Positions 9,751 through 19,089 of a stretch of DNA of 37,389 bases are shown here, piece by piece. How positions within the stretch are numbered: position 1 is the stretch's first letter; each line of letters opens with the position of its first letter. The notes below the pieces were generated by a model, which was given only the letters and a program-made list of their open reading frames with translations, was not told where the DNA came from and ran no database searches. The translations under genes were made by a program, and so were the position numbers. The DNA is from Gemmatimonadota bacterium (GTDB lineage Bacteria > Gemmatimonadota > Gemmatimonadetes > Gemmatimonadales > GWC2-71-9): NCBI GenBank assembly GCA_039586365.1, contig JBDHKN010000045.1, forward strand, positions 1 to 37,389. The letters are read 5' to 3'.

Positions 9751-9808
9751 CAGCCCTCTTCTGCCTCTTACCGCCCTTTACCGCCCTTTACCGCCCTTTA
9801 CCGCCTTT
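9751..9808. repeat. 10-bp tandem repeat CCGCCCTTTA
   Basis: Three perfect copies at 9771-9800 flanked by degenerate copies (CAGCCCTCTT, CTGCCTCTTA, CCGCCTTT). Confidence 0.9.
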
Positions 9809-12261
9809 GTCACATGCCCTTGTCCTATCGGCGTCCCTGGAGGTGATGCAACCGGCTCGCTCCGACCGGTCGGATCTGCTCTGCGGTTGAGAAACCGCTG
9901 AATGTCGGCATCGGCCAGCATGTGGTGAGCTTCTTCTTCCGGAAGACGCACGGTGCGCGTTTGTATCATCTCCGCAATGCGGCGAAGGCCCCATTCGGCC
10001 GCGGCTCGGGATTCCACCGTCGCATCATCATTGGAAGCTAGATCAATCAACTCGTCTACCACCACGCGCTGAACCACGCGGCGCAGTGCAGCGTGTCGGC
10101 CGATTCCGAGCGCACCCCAGCTCCGTTCGATGACCCGGGCGATCACCTCTTCCGGAGCCGGTGACTCCCCCTCCCTGGCGTTGAATGCCACCAGGCGGGC
10201 GACTCGTCGAGGGCTCAAGATGTTCTCGACCACCATCGTCGACAGGGTGCGTGCGGCGCCAATCTGATCGAATGCCGGTGCGGCCTGCGAGCCGAAAAAC
10301 CAATCGTTGGTGGTGATGCCGAAGGCACGTGGAGCCATTAGCGATAGGATTCGTTCGGGCACGGCCAGTTCTTCCGGTTCCAGAGCGTCCAGCACTAGCT
10401 CCAACGCGCGGCGCTGGCGACCAGGATCGATTATGCTGGTGGGGGACAGTCCATCTCCGCGCAATGCGTAGCGGAACTCCATGCCTCCGATAGCCTTGAT
10501 GGCGGCTTCCAGGGCGTAGCGATGGTGCAGATAGACGGGCACGAACCGCTGGTTGAGCAAGACCATTGGTTCGCCTTGCTTGATGGCTCGTTCGTCGAAG
10601 GCATCCATCAGGGCATCCCGCACCTCGGTCACTCTGGCCAATTCCTCAACTGCGTCGGTGCCGTTGATCCACTGGGTTACCTCCGGATAGGAACCCCATG
10701 CGGCATTGTCCCCGTCAGAGTTGAACTTGATGCCGGACGCGAGCGCCTCTTCAACTATTGCTTGAAGACCAGACTCCTCCTCCTCCGGCGGGAATTCGGT
10801 GTAGGCGTACCTGATCGCGGTTGAGTCGTAAGCACCAGGGCCATCGCGATACGCTTCAGTAAGATCAATCTTGCCAGCGACTGACCTGATCCAGGGACCA
10901 GGATAGTCCATCACTGACGCGCGGCCGTAGCTAGCTGAAATGTAGTTGTGAGCCAAGCCCAGGGTGTGCCCCACCTCGTGCGCTGCATGCTGACGACGTC
11001 GTGCCATGACAAACTCGTCTGCACTGGTGTTGGAGTCGATTGAGGCCAGCCACTCACCTAGCTCCACATCACCGATCCCGCCAAGTGTCGGCATGGCGCC
11101 CGCGTAGATGTTGAAGTCTGTGAGGGATCGATGGGTGTCCATCCGAACCGCAGCCTTGATGATCTCGCCTGTGCGAGGATCGGTGAACGATGGCCCGATG
11201 GAGAAACCCGGGTCGCTCCGGTGCACCCATTGGATCACATTGTAACGGGCGTCCATGGGATCCATATCCGCGGGCATATCCTCAACACGAAATGCGTCGA
11301 TGAAACCGGCTGCTTCGAACACGCTGTTCCACCACGCGGCACCCTCACGGAACGCTGTGCGGTACGGTTCCGGGATCCCACCATCGAGGTAGTATACGAT
11401 GGGTTGCTCGGGCTCGCTCATGGCTGCCCCGGGGTTCTTTTTCATCAGCCTGTGTCGACTGATGTAACTCGACTCGTACCGGTCGTCGAACGACTTGGAG
11501 AAGTCGAGGTATGAGACTCCAAAGGTCCCGATCCGGGGATCGCCGCTCCGAGGGGTGAATCGGTCATCGGGGAGTTGAACCAGAGAATGATGTAGTCTGA
11601 GCGTGACGGCGCGACCGTCCGGAGCGTGCGATTGGACGATTGGTCCCGGATCGCTACTCGTGAAGGTGAGCGAAACCTCAACCTCCGTGTTCTTCGGGAA
11701 TGCCTTCGTCCTCGGCAAGTAGACGGTGCTGCGGTCTCGGTCCACTGTGAAGTTGCCCTGATTGGCGGCACGCAACCGTGCGATCACACCCACGTGATCC
11801 TCGAGGAAGTATGCCGTGGCATCTACCAGCACCGATCCATCCTCTTCCTCGCCGAGGAGTTGGAACGCCGCCACCGTGGATGTGGGGAAGGACTCCTCGA
11901 CGGAGCGGACAAGAGCCAGGTTGTTGGTGTTCTCTGCCCGGAAGCGAGGATTGGAGAGTACTAGAAGCACCTTCTGTCCTTGGCGCTCAAATTTGGCAAC
12001 GGCCTGGTCGGCGATCATGCCACGGTCCAATCCCAACGTGTTGCTTCCCACTCCGGTGGCCAGCGATGTGAAATAGAGGAACTCCTGGTTCAGATGTGGG
12101 ACCTCCAATAGCAGTCGACTGCCCTCCCTATCCCAATAGAGCGGGAAGTATCCTTCTCGTTTCTCAAAGTCCCTGGTGTACCTCGTGATGCTTTCTTGTG
12201 CGGTTGTGTGGCAGGGTACGAGCACGGCCGCGAAAACGGCAGCGACAATGAGACGACTCAT
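9778..12261 (-). CDS. Secreted zinc-dependent metalloprotease (DUF5117/DUF4953, metzincin-like)
   Basis: HEVGHTLGLAHN zinc motif, SVMDYP Met-turn, WNSVFEAAGF and DPRTGEI motifs; signal peptide; GGAGGT RBS before ATG 12261. Confidence 0.92.
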   Translation of the reverse strand: MSRLIVAAVFAAVLVPCHTTAQESITRYTRDFEKREGYFPLYWDREGSRLLLEVPHLNQEFLYFTSLATGVGSNTLGLDRGMIADQAVAKFERQGQKVLLVLSNPRFRAENTNNLALVRSVEESFPTSTVAAFQLLGEEEDGSVLVDATAYFLEDHVGVIARLRAANQGNFTVDRDRSTVYLPRTKAFPKNTEVEVSLTFTSSDPGPIVQSHAPDGRAVTLRLHHSLVQLPDDRFTPRSGDPRIGTFGVSYLDFSKSFDDRYESSYISRHRLMKKNPGAAMSEPEQPIVYYLDGGIPEPYRTAFREGAAWWNSVFEAAGFIDAFRVEDMPADMDPMDARYNVIQWVHRSDPGFSIGPSFTDPRTGEIIKAAVRMDTHRSLTDFNIYAGAMPTLGGIGDVELGEWLASIDSNTSADEFVMARRRQHAAHEVGHTLGLAHNYISASYGRASVMDYPGPWIRSVAGKIDLTEAYRDGPGAYDSTAIRYAYTEFPPEEEESGLQAIVEEALASGIKFNSDGDNAAWGSYPEVTQWINGTDAVEELARVTEVRDALMDAFDERAIKQGEPMVLLNQRFVPVYLHHRYALEAAIKAIGGMEFRYALRGDGLSPTSIIDPGRQRRALELVLDALEPEELAVPERILSLMAPRAFGITTNDWFFGSQAAPAFDQIGAARTLSTMVVENILSPRRVARLVAFNAREGESPAPEEVIARVIERSWGALGIGRHAALRRVVQRVVVDELIDLASNDDATVESRAAAEWGLRRIAEMIQTRTVRLPEEEAHHMLADADIQRFLNRRADPTGRSEPVASPPGTPIGQGHVTKAVKGGKGR

Positions 12262-12399
12262 GGATACCTCCCAGAGGTGGATCTTTGTGGTGGAACAGAT
12301 GGAGGGATATGAGATCGTGGTCCGATTGTCTAGGGGCATCATCCGATTGTGGCTGGCGTCAGGTGCGACGACTTAATCCCTGTGGTTGCAGCCGACCGC

Positions 12400-12430
12400 T
12401 TGCATTTCTGCAATCAATATGATATCATAT
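12400..12430 (+). promoter_or_regulatory. Sigma70 promoter with overlapping palindromic operator for the SPFH-RHH operon
   Basis: TTGCAT (12400-12405)-N17-TATCAT (12423-12428) with extended TG; perfect palindrome ATATGATATCATAT at 12417-12430; AAGGAGGT RBS follows. Confidence 0.75.
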
Positions 12431-12453
12431 CAATATCAACAAGGAGGTGTGTG

Positions 12454-13323
12454 ATGTTCCGCGAGAACGAACGCGAAGCAGCATCTGGGATTCTGGCCCT
12501 CTTCATTCTGGCGATCACCCACATTGCGGTCAGCTATTGGGGTGTGATGGCCATAATCAGCGAGTCCATCGGGAGCATGATAGTGGCCATCGTCATCTGG
12601 AGTGTCCTTTTCCTGCTATGGGCTGGCCTCTTCATTGTGAATCCCAATGAAGCCCGGGTGCTCCAGCTGTTTGGTCGCTACTCAGGTACGGTGAAGTCAC
12701 AGGGGCTCAAGTGGGCCAATCCATTTTTCATGAAACACAAGATTTCGCTGCGGGTGAGAAACTTCGAGACCGGCAAGCTCAAAGTGAACGACGCAAATAG
12801 CAACCCAATCGAGATAGGTTGTGTCGTCGTATGGAGAGTTGTGGACACGGCGGAAGCGATGTTTGAGGTGGACGATTACGTCAATTTCGTGCACGTGCAG
12901 AGCGAAGCTGCAGTTCGCAACCTGGCCACCGACTACCCCTATGACGCTCACGGTCACGACGATGTCGCACTCAGTAGCCACACCAATCAGATCTCCGAGC
13001 AGTTGAAAGGTGAGGTACAGGCTCGGTTGGAGAAGGCGGGCGTAGAGGTGATCGAGGCTCGTATCAGCCACTTGGCGTATGCGCCTGAGATCGCTCACGC
13101 GATGCTGCAGCGCCAGCAGGCCAGTGCCGTCGTCGCAGCCCGCACGAAGATCGTGGAGGGAGCCGTCGGGATGGTCGATCTAGCGCTTCAGTACCTATCC
13201 AAGGAACGAATCGTAGAGCTGGATGAAGAGCGGAAGGCTGCCATGGTGAGCAATCTGCTGACTGTACTATGCTCAGATCGGGGTACTCAGCCCGTGGTGA
13301 ACACTGGGACGATCTACCAGTAG
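12454..13323 (+). CDS. SPFH (band 7 / stomatin-like) membrane protein
   Basis: Two N-terminal TM helices, VNPNEARVLQLFGRY, LAYAPEIAHAMLQRQQA, NLLTVLC...PVVNTG; strong RBS. Confidence 0.93.
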   Translation: MFRENEREAASGILALFILAITHIAVSYWGVMAIISESIGSMIVAIVIWSVLFLLWAGLFIVNPNEARVLQLFGRYSGTVKSQGLKWANPFFMKHKISLRVRNFETGKLKVNDANSNPIEIGCVVVWRVVDTAEAMFEVDDYVNFVHVQSEAAVRNLATDYPYDAHGHDDVALSSHTNQISEQLKGEVQARLEKAGVEVIEARISHLAYAPEIAHAMLQRQQASAVVAARTKIVEGAVGMVDLALQYLSKERIVELDEERKAAMVSNLLTVLCSDRGTQPVVNTGTIYQ

Positions 13324-13329
13324 GCAGCT

Positions 13330-13518
13330 GTGGCGGATCGCAAGGCTTTCCTGTTGCGCATAGACCGCAAGGTCTTGGAGGCGATCCAGCGCTGGGCGAA
13401 CGATGACCTCCGCAGTCTGAACGGCCAGATCGAGTTCCTGCTGAGGCGGTCGTTGCAGGAAACCGGTCGGATCAAGAAGGAGAGCGGCAGGGTGGAACGG
13501 CGGAGTGGCGCAAGCTGA
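13330..13518 (+). CDS. Arc-family ribbon-helix-helix DNA-binding protein
   Basis: RKAFLLRID beta-ribbon followed by WANDDLRSLNGQIEFLL; 6 nt after the SPFH gene. Confidence 0.88.
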   Translation: MADRKAFLLRIDRKVLEAIQRWANDDLRSLNGQIEFLLRRSLQETGRIKKESGRVERRSGAS

Positions 13519-13590
13519 CCCCGCGGTTCCGCCCTGCTGTATGGCCGTCTGCGCTGTGGGGGATTTGGAGTGTGCGGAGCCTGCGACCGC

Positions 13591-14829
13591 TCACCAAAGC
13601 AACACAAACCCAAACCCGACTACAAACGTGACTCCGTAGCCCACCATGATCCTCTTCAGTAGCGTCCGCCCTCCCAGAAGGGCAACTGTGCCAGCCTTGA
13701 AGCCGAGATTCGACAGGGCGGCCACCAGGATCAGACGCCAGGCCGTGTCAGCTCCCAGCCTGCCAGCCCGTACGAGTTGGGCATTCGAGAGGGTGATGGC
13801 ATCCATGTCTGTGAGACCGGAAATGATTGCCACTCCGAAGAGGCCTGAGTCACCAAAATGCTCCTTGGCGGCTGCAACTGCAAAGATCACTGCCGCGTAC
13901 AGGAGGCCGAACACTATGGCCGATTTCAGGTTGGTGGGATTGCCGTGCGTTGGGAGTCCACTCGTCGGTTTTTCACCACTGCGCCACATGATTGCTGATA
14001 ACCCGGTGAGCACCAGGAACATGGTGCATACGGGAAGAGCAGCCACACGCAACATGTCGGGAGCCACGACTGCGATCTCGACGAATACCCGGAGAAACAC
14101 AACAGCTGAGGCAATCATGATCACGATGGCGGCGAGGTTACTGCTGCTGACGGAGAGCCGGGCTTTGCGAGCGTAGCTGACTGTGGTTGCGGTGCTTGAG
14201 ATCAATCCCCCCAGGAACCCTCCGATCACCGTTCCGGCCCGGTCTCCCAGGGCCTTATAGGCAGCATATCCACCGAGGCTTATCCCTGAGATGAGGACTA
14301 TCATGAGCCAGATCTCGCGGGGATTCAACACCAGATAGGGTCCGAATTCGCGATTGGGGAGAACCGGTAGCACCACCAGTGAGATCAGCGCGAATTGCAT
14401 CACCGCCGTGAAGTCGTCGTCGCCAATCTTCCGGGCGACGGCGTGGCTCCACTCTTTGGCATGGAGTAGTACCGCCACTCCGCCACCCAGCGCGATGGCC
14501 ACTCCTCGATGCCCTGTGGCTAAGTAGGCGCCCACTCCGTACATCACGAGCATGGCGGCTTCCGACGTCATACCCGGATCCGCGCTACCCGTCCTGATCT
14601 TCACGACGTTGCCGATCACAATCAGCGCGGCTATTGCGATTAACCCTGTACCCATTACCCAGCCCCCGTAGACGTCCGCGAGGAGGGCACTCAGGGTGCC
14701 GAGAACCGTGATCAGCGGGTAAGTTCGGATGCCCGCCAGCTCGGATTGAGAACGCTCGCGCTGGAGCCCAACCAGAACACCCAACCCCAGGGCAATTGCG
14801 AGGATCTCGAACACTTCACCTTCTGGCAT
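13591..14829 (-). CDS. MgtC/SapB family protein with DUF4010 domain
   Basis: GLQRE...AGIRTYPL, GMTSEAA, GGLISSTATT and SGLTDMDAITLS motifs; start uncertain (alternative ATG 14883). Confidence 0.9.
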   Translation of the reverse strand: MPEGEVFEILAIALGLGVLVGLQRERSQSELAGIRTYPLITVLGTLSALLADVYGGWVMGTGLIAIAALIVIGNVVKIRTGSADPGMTSEAAMLVMYGVGAYLATGHRGVAIALGGGVAVLLHAKEWSHAVARKIGDDDFTAVMQFALISLVVLPVLPNREFGPYLVLNPREIWLMIVLISGISLGGYAAYKALGDRAGTVIGGFLGGLISSTATTVSYARKARLSVSSSNLAAIVIMIASAVVFLRVFVEIAVVAPDMLRVAALPVCTMFLVLTGLSAIMWRSGEKPTSGLPTHGNPTNLKSAIVFGLLYAAVIFAVAAAKEHFGDSGLFGVAIISGLTDMDAITLSNAQLVRAGRLGADTAWRLILVAALSNLGFKAGTVALLGGRTLLKRIMVGYGVTFVVGFGFVLLW

Positions 14830-15009
14830 ATCGGTTTCAAGATACGGCTCGTGAGGGAAACCGGACAGGCGAGGATCAGTCATGCTGGTGTCGATCCCCA
14901 CGTGTACAGGTCCCTGAGTTGGAACCGGCCGCTACGGCCTACATCTTTCACTTTCCCATGCTCCTTGGTATCTGTTCGTCCCCTGAAATGGAGCTAGGAG
15001 ATCTAGATC

Positions 15010-15519
15010 ATGGGTGAACGTGCTTCCGTAGTCTTCGAACCTCTCCACGACGATCTTGTCGTTCCGAGTCGACAGACCGAAGGATCGGCTGGATACGACG
15101 TGTGTGCATATCTCAAGGACAGGGTTGTGACAGTACGGCACGGTGCATCGGGACGGCTCGATGAGGTTCCGATCGCAGCTGAGAAGCTCGTGCTGGAGCC
15201 AGGAGACATGGCGCTGGTGCCTACCGGGTTCAAGGCGCGTGTGCCCGCGGGTTACGAAGCTCAGGTGCGTATCCGTTCATCGATGGCATTCAAACGCGGG
15301 CTCGTACTCCCCAACGCTCCTGGTACTATCGACGCCGACTATCCCGACGAGTGGTTGGTGATGGTCAAGAACGATTCGTATAGGACGGCGGAGATCGGGC
15401 ATGGGGAAAGGATCGCACAGGTAGTGCTGAACCGTGTGGCCCTGCTTCCCTGGATCGAGGGTGAAGTGGGCGTGTGGAGTGATCGGCGGGGCGGTTTGGG
15501 GAGTACGGGGGAGTCGTGA
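15010..15519 (+). CDS. dut: dUTP diphosphatase (trimeric dUTPase)
   Basis: SAGYD, RSS, GTIDADY, RIAQ and RGGLGSTG motifs 1-5; AGGAG RBS. Confidence 0.95.
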   Translation: MGERASVVFEPLHDDLVVPSRQTEGSAGYDVCAYLKDRVVTVRHGASGRLDEVPIAAEKLVLEPGDMALVPTGFKARVPAGYEAQVRIRSSMAFKRGLVLPNAPGTIDADYPDEWLVMVKNDSYRTAEIGHGERIAQVVLNRVALLPWIEGEVGVWSDRRGGLGSTGES

Positions 15520-15609
15520 GTCGTACGTGCTGAGCGGGGGGGTAGTACCTTCCGTTTTGTCCCAGCACCGATCCCTTGTACTTTGTCGCAGCTCAAGCGG
15601 AGCAACGCC

Positions 15610-16599
15610 GTGACCAGTGCCGCAGTCATCCTCCTCGTCCTCGCTGTAGTGCTACTTGCAGCTGTACTCCTGGTTCAGCTGAGGAGCGGTGGTCGTCAAG
15701 GCACCATGCTAGTTCAGCAACAGCTCATCGAACTCAGAAATCGTCTGGACTCTCTGGTGGTTGGGCAGCAGCAAGTCCCTCAAACCCTTGCACAAGGTAG
15801 CGCCGAGCAGCTGCGTTCTCTGGCCGACGTACGGGAGAAGTTGGCACGGCTTTCGGAGGCCACAACGCGGTTGGAGACGGTGGGTAGGAGTGTGGCCGAG
15901 GTGCAGGAGCTACTGCGCGTGCCGCGCTTGAGGGGCACGATTGGTGAACTGTGGCTTGAAGAGCTGTTGCGGCAGGTCCTCCCCACTGGGTTGTACCAAC
16001 TCCAGTACTCGTTCAGGTCTGGGGAGCGAGTAGATGCTGTAGTCAGAGTCGGCGACCGCCTGGTCCCCATCGATGCGAAGTTCCCGCTCGAAGCCTGTCA
16101 GCGCGCGCTGAGCGCGGAAGGAGTCGACGCCGCACGGGAACGCCGTGCGTTTCGCCGTGCGCTAAAGGACAAAATCGACGAGATTGCCGACAAGTACATT
16201 AGGCCCGAAGAGGGCACCTACGAGTTTGCACTCATGTACGTTCCTGCCGAGAACGTCTATTACGAGGCTGTCGTTCGCGGTGCTGAGACCGGCGATGATT
16301 CGAGCATCGTGGGATATGCGTTGGACCGCAAGGTGATCCCGGTTTCGCCGAACACGTTCTACGCATATCTCTCAGCTATCGTCCACGGTCTCAAGGGGCT
16401 CGTGGTCGAACAGCGAGCCCGGGACATCTTGGATTCACTAAGTGGTCTGCAACAGCAGTTCGGCTACTTCGAGCGAGCCTATGATCTGGTGGGCAAGCAT
16501 CTTGTCAACGCGAACAAGCAGTACGAAGAGACTGAGCGCCAACTGCTCTTGATTCAGCGACGGCTCGATGGCTTTACTGGTTTGGGTGAAGACTCGTAG
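15610..16599 (+). CDS. rmuC: DNA recombination protein RmuC
   Basis: N-terminal TM plus coiled coil, RGTIGELWLE, VPIDAKFP, FALMYVPAENVY, VSPNT. Confidence 0.92.
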   Translation: MTSAAVILLVLAVVLLAAVLLVQLRSGGRQGTMLVQQQLIELRNRLDSLVVGQQQVPQTLAQGSAEQLRSLADVREKLARLSEATTRLETVGRSVAEVQELLRVPRLRGTIGELWLEELLRQVLPTGLYQLQYSFRSGERVDAVVRVGDRLVPIDAKFPLEACQRALSAEGVDAARERRAFRRALKDKIDEIADKYIRPEEGTYEFALMYVPAENVYYEAVVRGAETGDDSSIVGYALDRKVIPVSPNTFYAYLSAIVHGLKGLVVEQRARDILDSLSGLQQQFGYFERAYDLVGKHLVNANKQYEETERQLLLIQRRLDGFTGLGEDS

Positions 16600-16639
16600 A
16601 GCCTACCCACATCGATTCAGGGCCCTGCACGGGTATGGT

Positions 16640-16981
16640 CCCATCAAGGTCATGACTAGCAACCTCCGCGTGGGCGCTGATGTCGACGCGGTGCTTGGTG
16701 CTCTCAGGTCGGAAGACCCACTTGATGTTTGCCTGCCTTGCTGACTGCAGTCGAGACGTTGGAGAAGACTGACTTTCCGGTTCGGGCTGCCGCAGTTGCC
16801 GACGAGATCGCCAGGACGACGCCACACGTCTTGGGGTTACAGGAGGTCCCGGATCTACCGGGTTGGGATGCTACCGTTTGAGCGTGTGGTGGGCCCATAC
16901 TACAAGATCTGGCCGTCGGGCCACGCAGGCCTAGTCGCGCTCCTGCGGAGCCCCACGCGCCAGATCGTGGGCTGGCACTAG
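16640..16981 (+). pseudogene. Decayed, internally deleted endonuclease/exonuclease/phosphatase (EEP) family gene
   Basis: IKVMTSNLRVGADVD (from 16643), frameshift near 16728, TDFPVRAAAVADEIARTTPHVLGLQEV, stop at 16879, then IWPSGHAGLVA (SDH motif mutated to SGH). Confidence 0.75.
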
Positions 16982-17391
16982 TTGGCGAGTTGGGGAGTTG
17001 GAGCGGAGTCGCTGCGCCTCTTTTTGGTTGAAGTCGGACGGGATTTATTCCGCTCCCACTCCCCACTCATGGTTGGACCAGCTTCGCCAGCCCGCGTCGA
17101 TCTGTCTCGCAACGAATGTGCCAAAGTCGTCATTCAGTAAGTACTTGCCGACCAGTGAGTTAGCGATTCCACAGATGGAATCCCGATGAACGACGTTGTG
17201 GTTACGCAACAGCACGGCGGCCCCATCGCGTCGCGGACGGTGAGAGGTCGTGGAAGGCGGTGTCGGTTGGAATACGAAGGCCCTGTCAGGTCCTTGACCA
17301 TCGGTTCCAAAGACGCAATCCATGTGCAAGTCCTCTGGTCACGTTCGTCATACAAACAGAAAGACTGACGAACTTTTGGAAGGAGTGTCCA

Positions 17392-18837
17392 ATGGGTGGT
17401 GTAACAACAGGTGTTGGCACGCTTCGACTGGCGTTGGCAGCCGTGGCGATCAGCGCTGTCGCTAGTTCAGCTGGGGCTCAGCGAGTTTCCCAACTTCAGT
17501 CCACTGCTGAAGAACGTCAGGAAGTGTCGATCACCGTGTACAACCAGAACTTTGGGCTGGTGCGTGAGGTGCGCGATATTGCATTCGGCACAGGACGCAT
17601 CGCACTTGAGTTCCGCGACGTTTCGGCCCAGATCCAGCCTGAAACGGTACACATCAAATCCCTGGATCGAGTCGGTGGCCTGCAGGTGCTGGAGCAGAAC
17701 TACCAGTACGACCTGCTCAATCCCCAGAAGCTGCTGGAGAAGTACGTTGGCAGGACCATCAAGGTCTATCGCTACAACTCAAACACAGGCCGCGAAGAAG
17801 AGTACGAAGCCGAAGTCCTGTCGGTGAACCAGGGAACGATACTCCGGATTGGAAATGAGATCACATACAATTTCCCCGGACGTTTCGCGTTCCCTGAGAT
17901 CCCCGACAACCTTATTGCGAAGCCCACATTGGTGTGGGTCCTCGAAAGCAACCGGTCACGCCAGCAGGTAGAGGTCTCGTATCTGTCCCGCAACCTGAAC
18001 TGGAAAGCCGATTACGTTCTGGTGCTCAACGAGGACGATACTGAGAGTGATCTGACCGGCTGGGTGACCCTGACCAACCAGAGCGGAGCATCCTATGAAA
18101 ACGCTCGGCTCAAACTGGTAGCGGGCGATGTCCAGAGGGTGACGGGACAAATAGGTCGGCGCGATCTCGACGCATTGCGGATGGCCGAGGCCGCGGCACC
18201 TCAGTTCACTGAGGAAGGGTTCTTCGAGTACCACCTCTACACGTTGGACCGTCCCACCACATTGCTGCAGAACGAGCAGAAGCAGGTCACGCTCCTCGAG
18301 GCGTCGGGCATAGGCGTTGACAAACGGCTGATCTTTTACGGGGCGGCGCAGTACTATCGTGGTTCGTACGGGCAGGTCGTAGCTAACCAGAAAGTTGGAG
18401 TCTACCTCGATATCACCAACTCCGAGCAGAACAACCTTGGTATGGCCCTGCCGCGCGGGATCGTGCGCGTATACAAATCTGATCGCTCGGGCGCGCAGCA
18501 GTTCATTGGCGAAGACCAGATCGACCACACCCCTCGGGATGAGCGTGTGCGCATCAAGATGGGTGAGGCATTCGACGTGGTTGGCGATCGTCGACAGATG
18601 GACTACAGCGTCATCAGCGGTTGCGTATCTGAAAGCACCTGGGAGATCAGCGTCCGCAACCACAAGGATGAGGCTGCTGAAATCCAGATAGTAGAACCGG
18701 TGGGGGGGGATTGGGAGATCATCTCGTCAAGTCACGAAGCGGTCAAGTTGGACGCCCACACCTTCAGGTTCACGGTCGACGTGGCGGCGCGAGGAGAGGT
18801 GACGGTCGAGTACCGTGTACGAGTCAGGTGGTGCTAA
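17392..18837 (+). CDS. Secreted DUF4139 domain protein
   Basis: ITVYNQNFGLVREVR, WKADY, EYHLYTL, LPRGIVRVY, GEDQIDHTP, GEAFDV; AAGGAG RBS and signal peptide from ATG 17392. Confidence 0.88.
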   Translation: MGGVTTGVGTLRLALAAVAISAVASSAGAQRVSQLQSTAEERQEVSITVYNQNFGLVREVRDIAFGTGRIALEFRDVSAQIQPETVHIKSLDRVGGLQVLEQNYQYDLLNPQKLLEKYVGRTIKVYRYNSNTGREEEYEAEVLSVNQGTILRIGNEITYNFPGRFAFPEIPDNLIAKPTLVWVLESNRSRQQVEVSYLSRNLNWKADYVLVLNEDDTESDLTGWVTLTNQSGASYENARLKLVAGDVQRVTGQIGRRDLDALRMAEAAAPQFTEEGFFEYHLYTLDRPTTLLQNEQKQVTLLEASGIGVDKRLIFYGAAQYYRGSYGQVVANQKVGVYLDITNSEQNNLGMALPRGIVRVYKSDRSGAQQFIGEDQIDHTPRDERVRIKMGEAFDVVGDRRQMDYSVISGCVSESTWEISVRNHKDEAAEIQIVEPVGGDWEIISSSHEAVKLDAHTFRFTVDVAARGEVTVEYRVRVRWC

Positions 18838-18865
18838 CGAGGACGAGCCAAGCGCCTGACCTCAA

Positions 18866-18893
18866 GCGGGGGCCACGAGACTGTGGTCCCCGC
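18866..18893 (+). terminator. Hairpin downstream of the DUF4139 gene
   Basis: GCGGGGGCCAC-GAGACT-GTGGTCCCCGC. Confidence 0.55.
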
Positions 18894-19089
18894 GCTTGGT
18901 GTGCCCCTCGGAGCGGGACCTGCCACTGACGACCTGGTCGATTCGCTCCACCCAGTGATCGAAGATCGCATCCAATCGCCGTCGCGTTGCGAGCGAAGGC
19001 AAGAGCCTGGCACGGCGCGAGCCCGTTGGTTTGGTCTCGGACGCACTGGGACTGAGCTATCCGCGGGCGGTCTTTCAGCGTGTATCGCC

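Noticed and set aside
9751..9808. CRISPR array
   Set aside because: Contiguous 10-bp units with no spacers and no cas genes.
13321..13332. The SPFH TAG stop is in frame with the downstream RHH gene (TAG GCA GCT GTG), so readthrough would give a fusion
   Set aside because: One-in-three chance. SPFH ends at its family-typical C-terminus (NTGTIYQ) and the RHH has a normal N-terminus.
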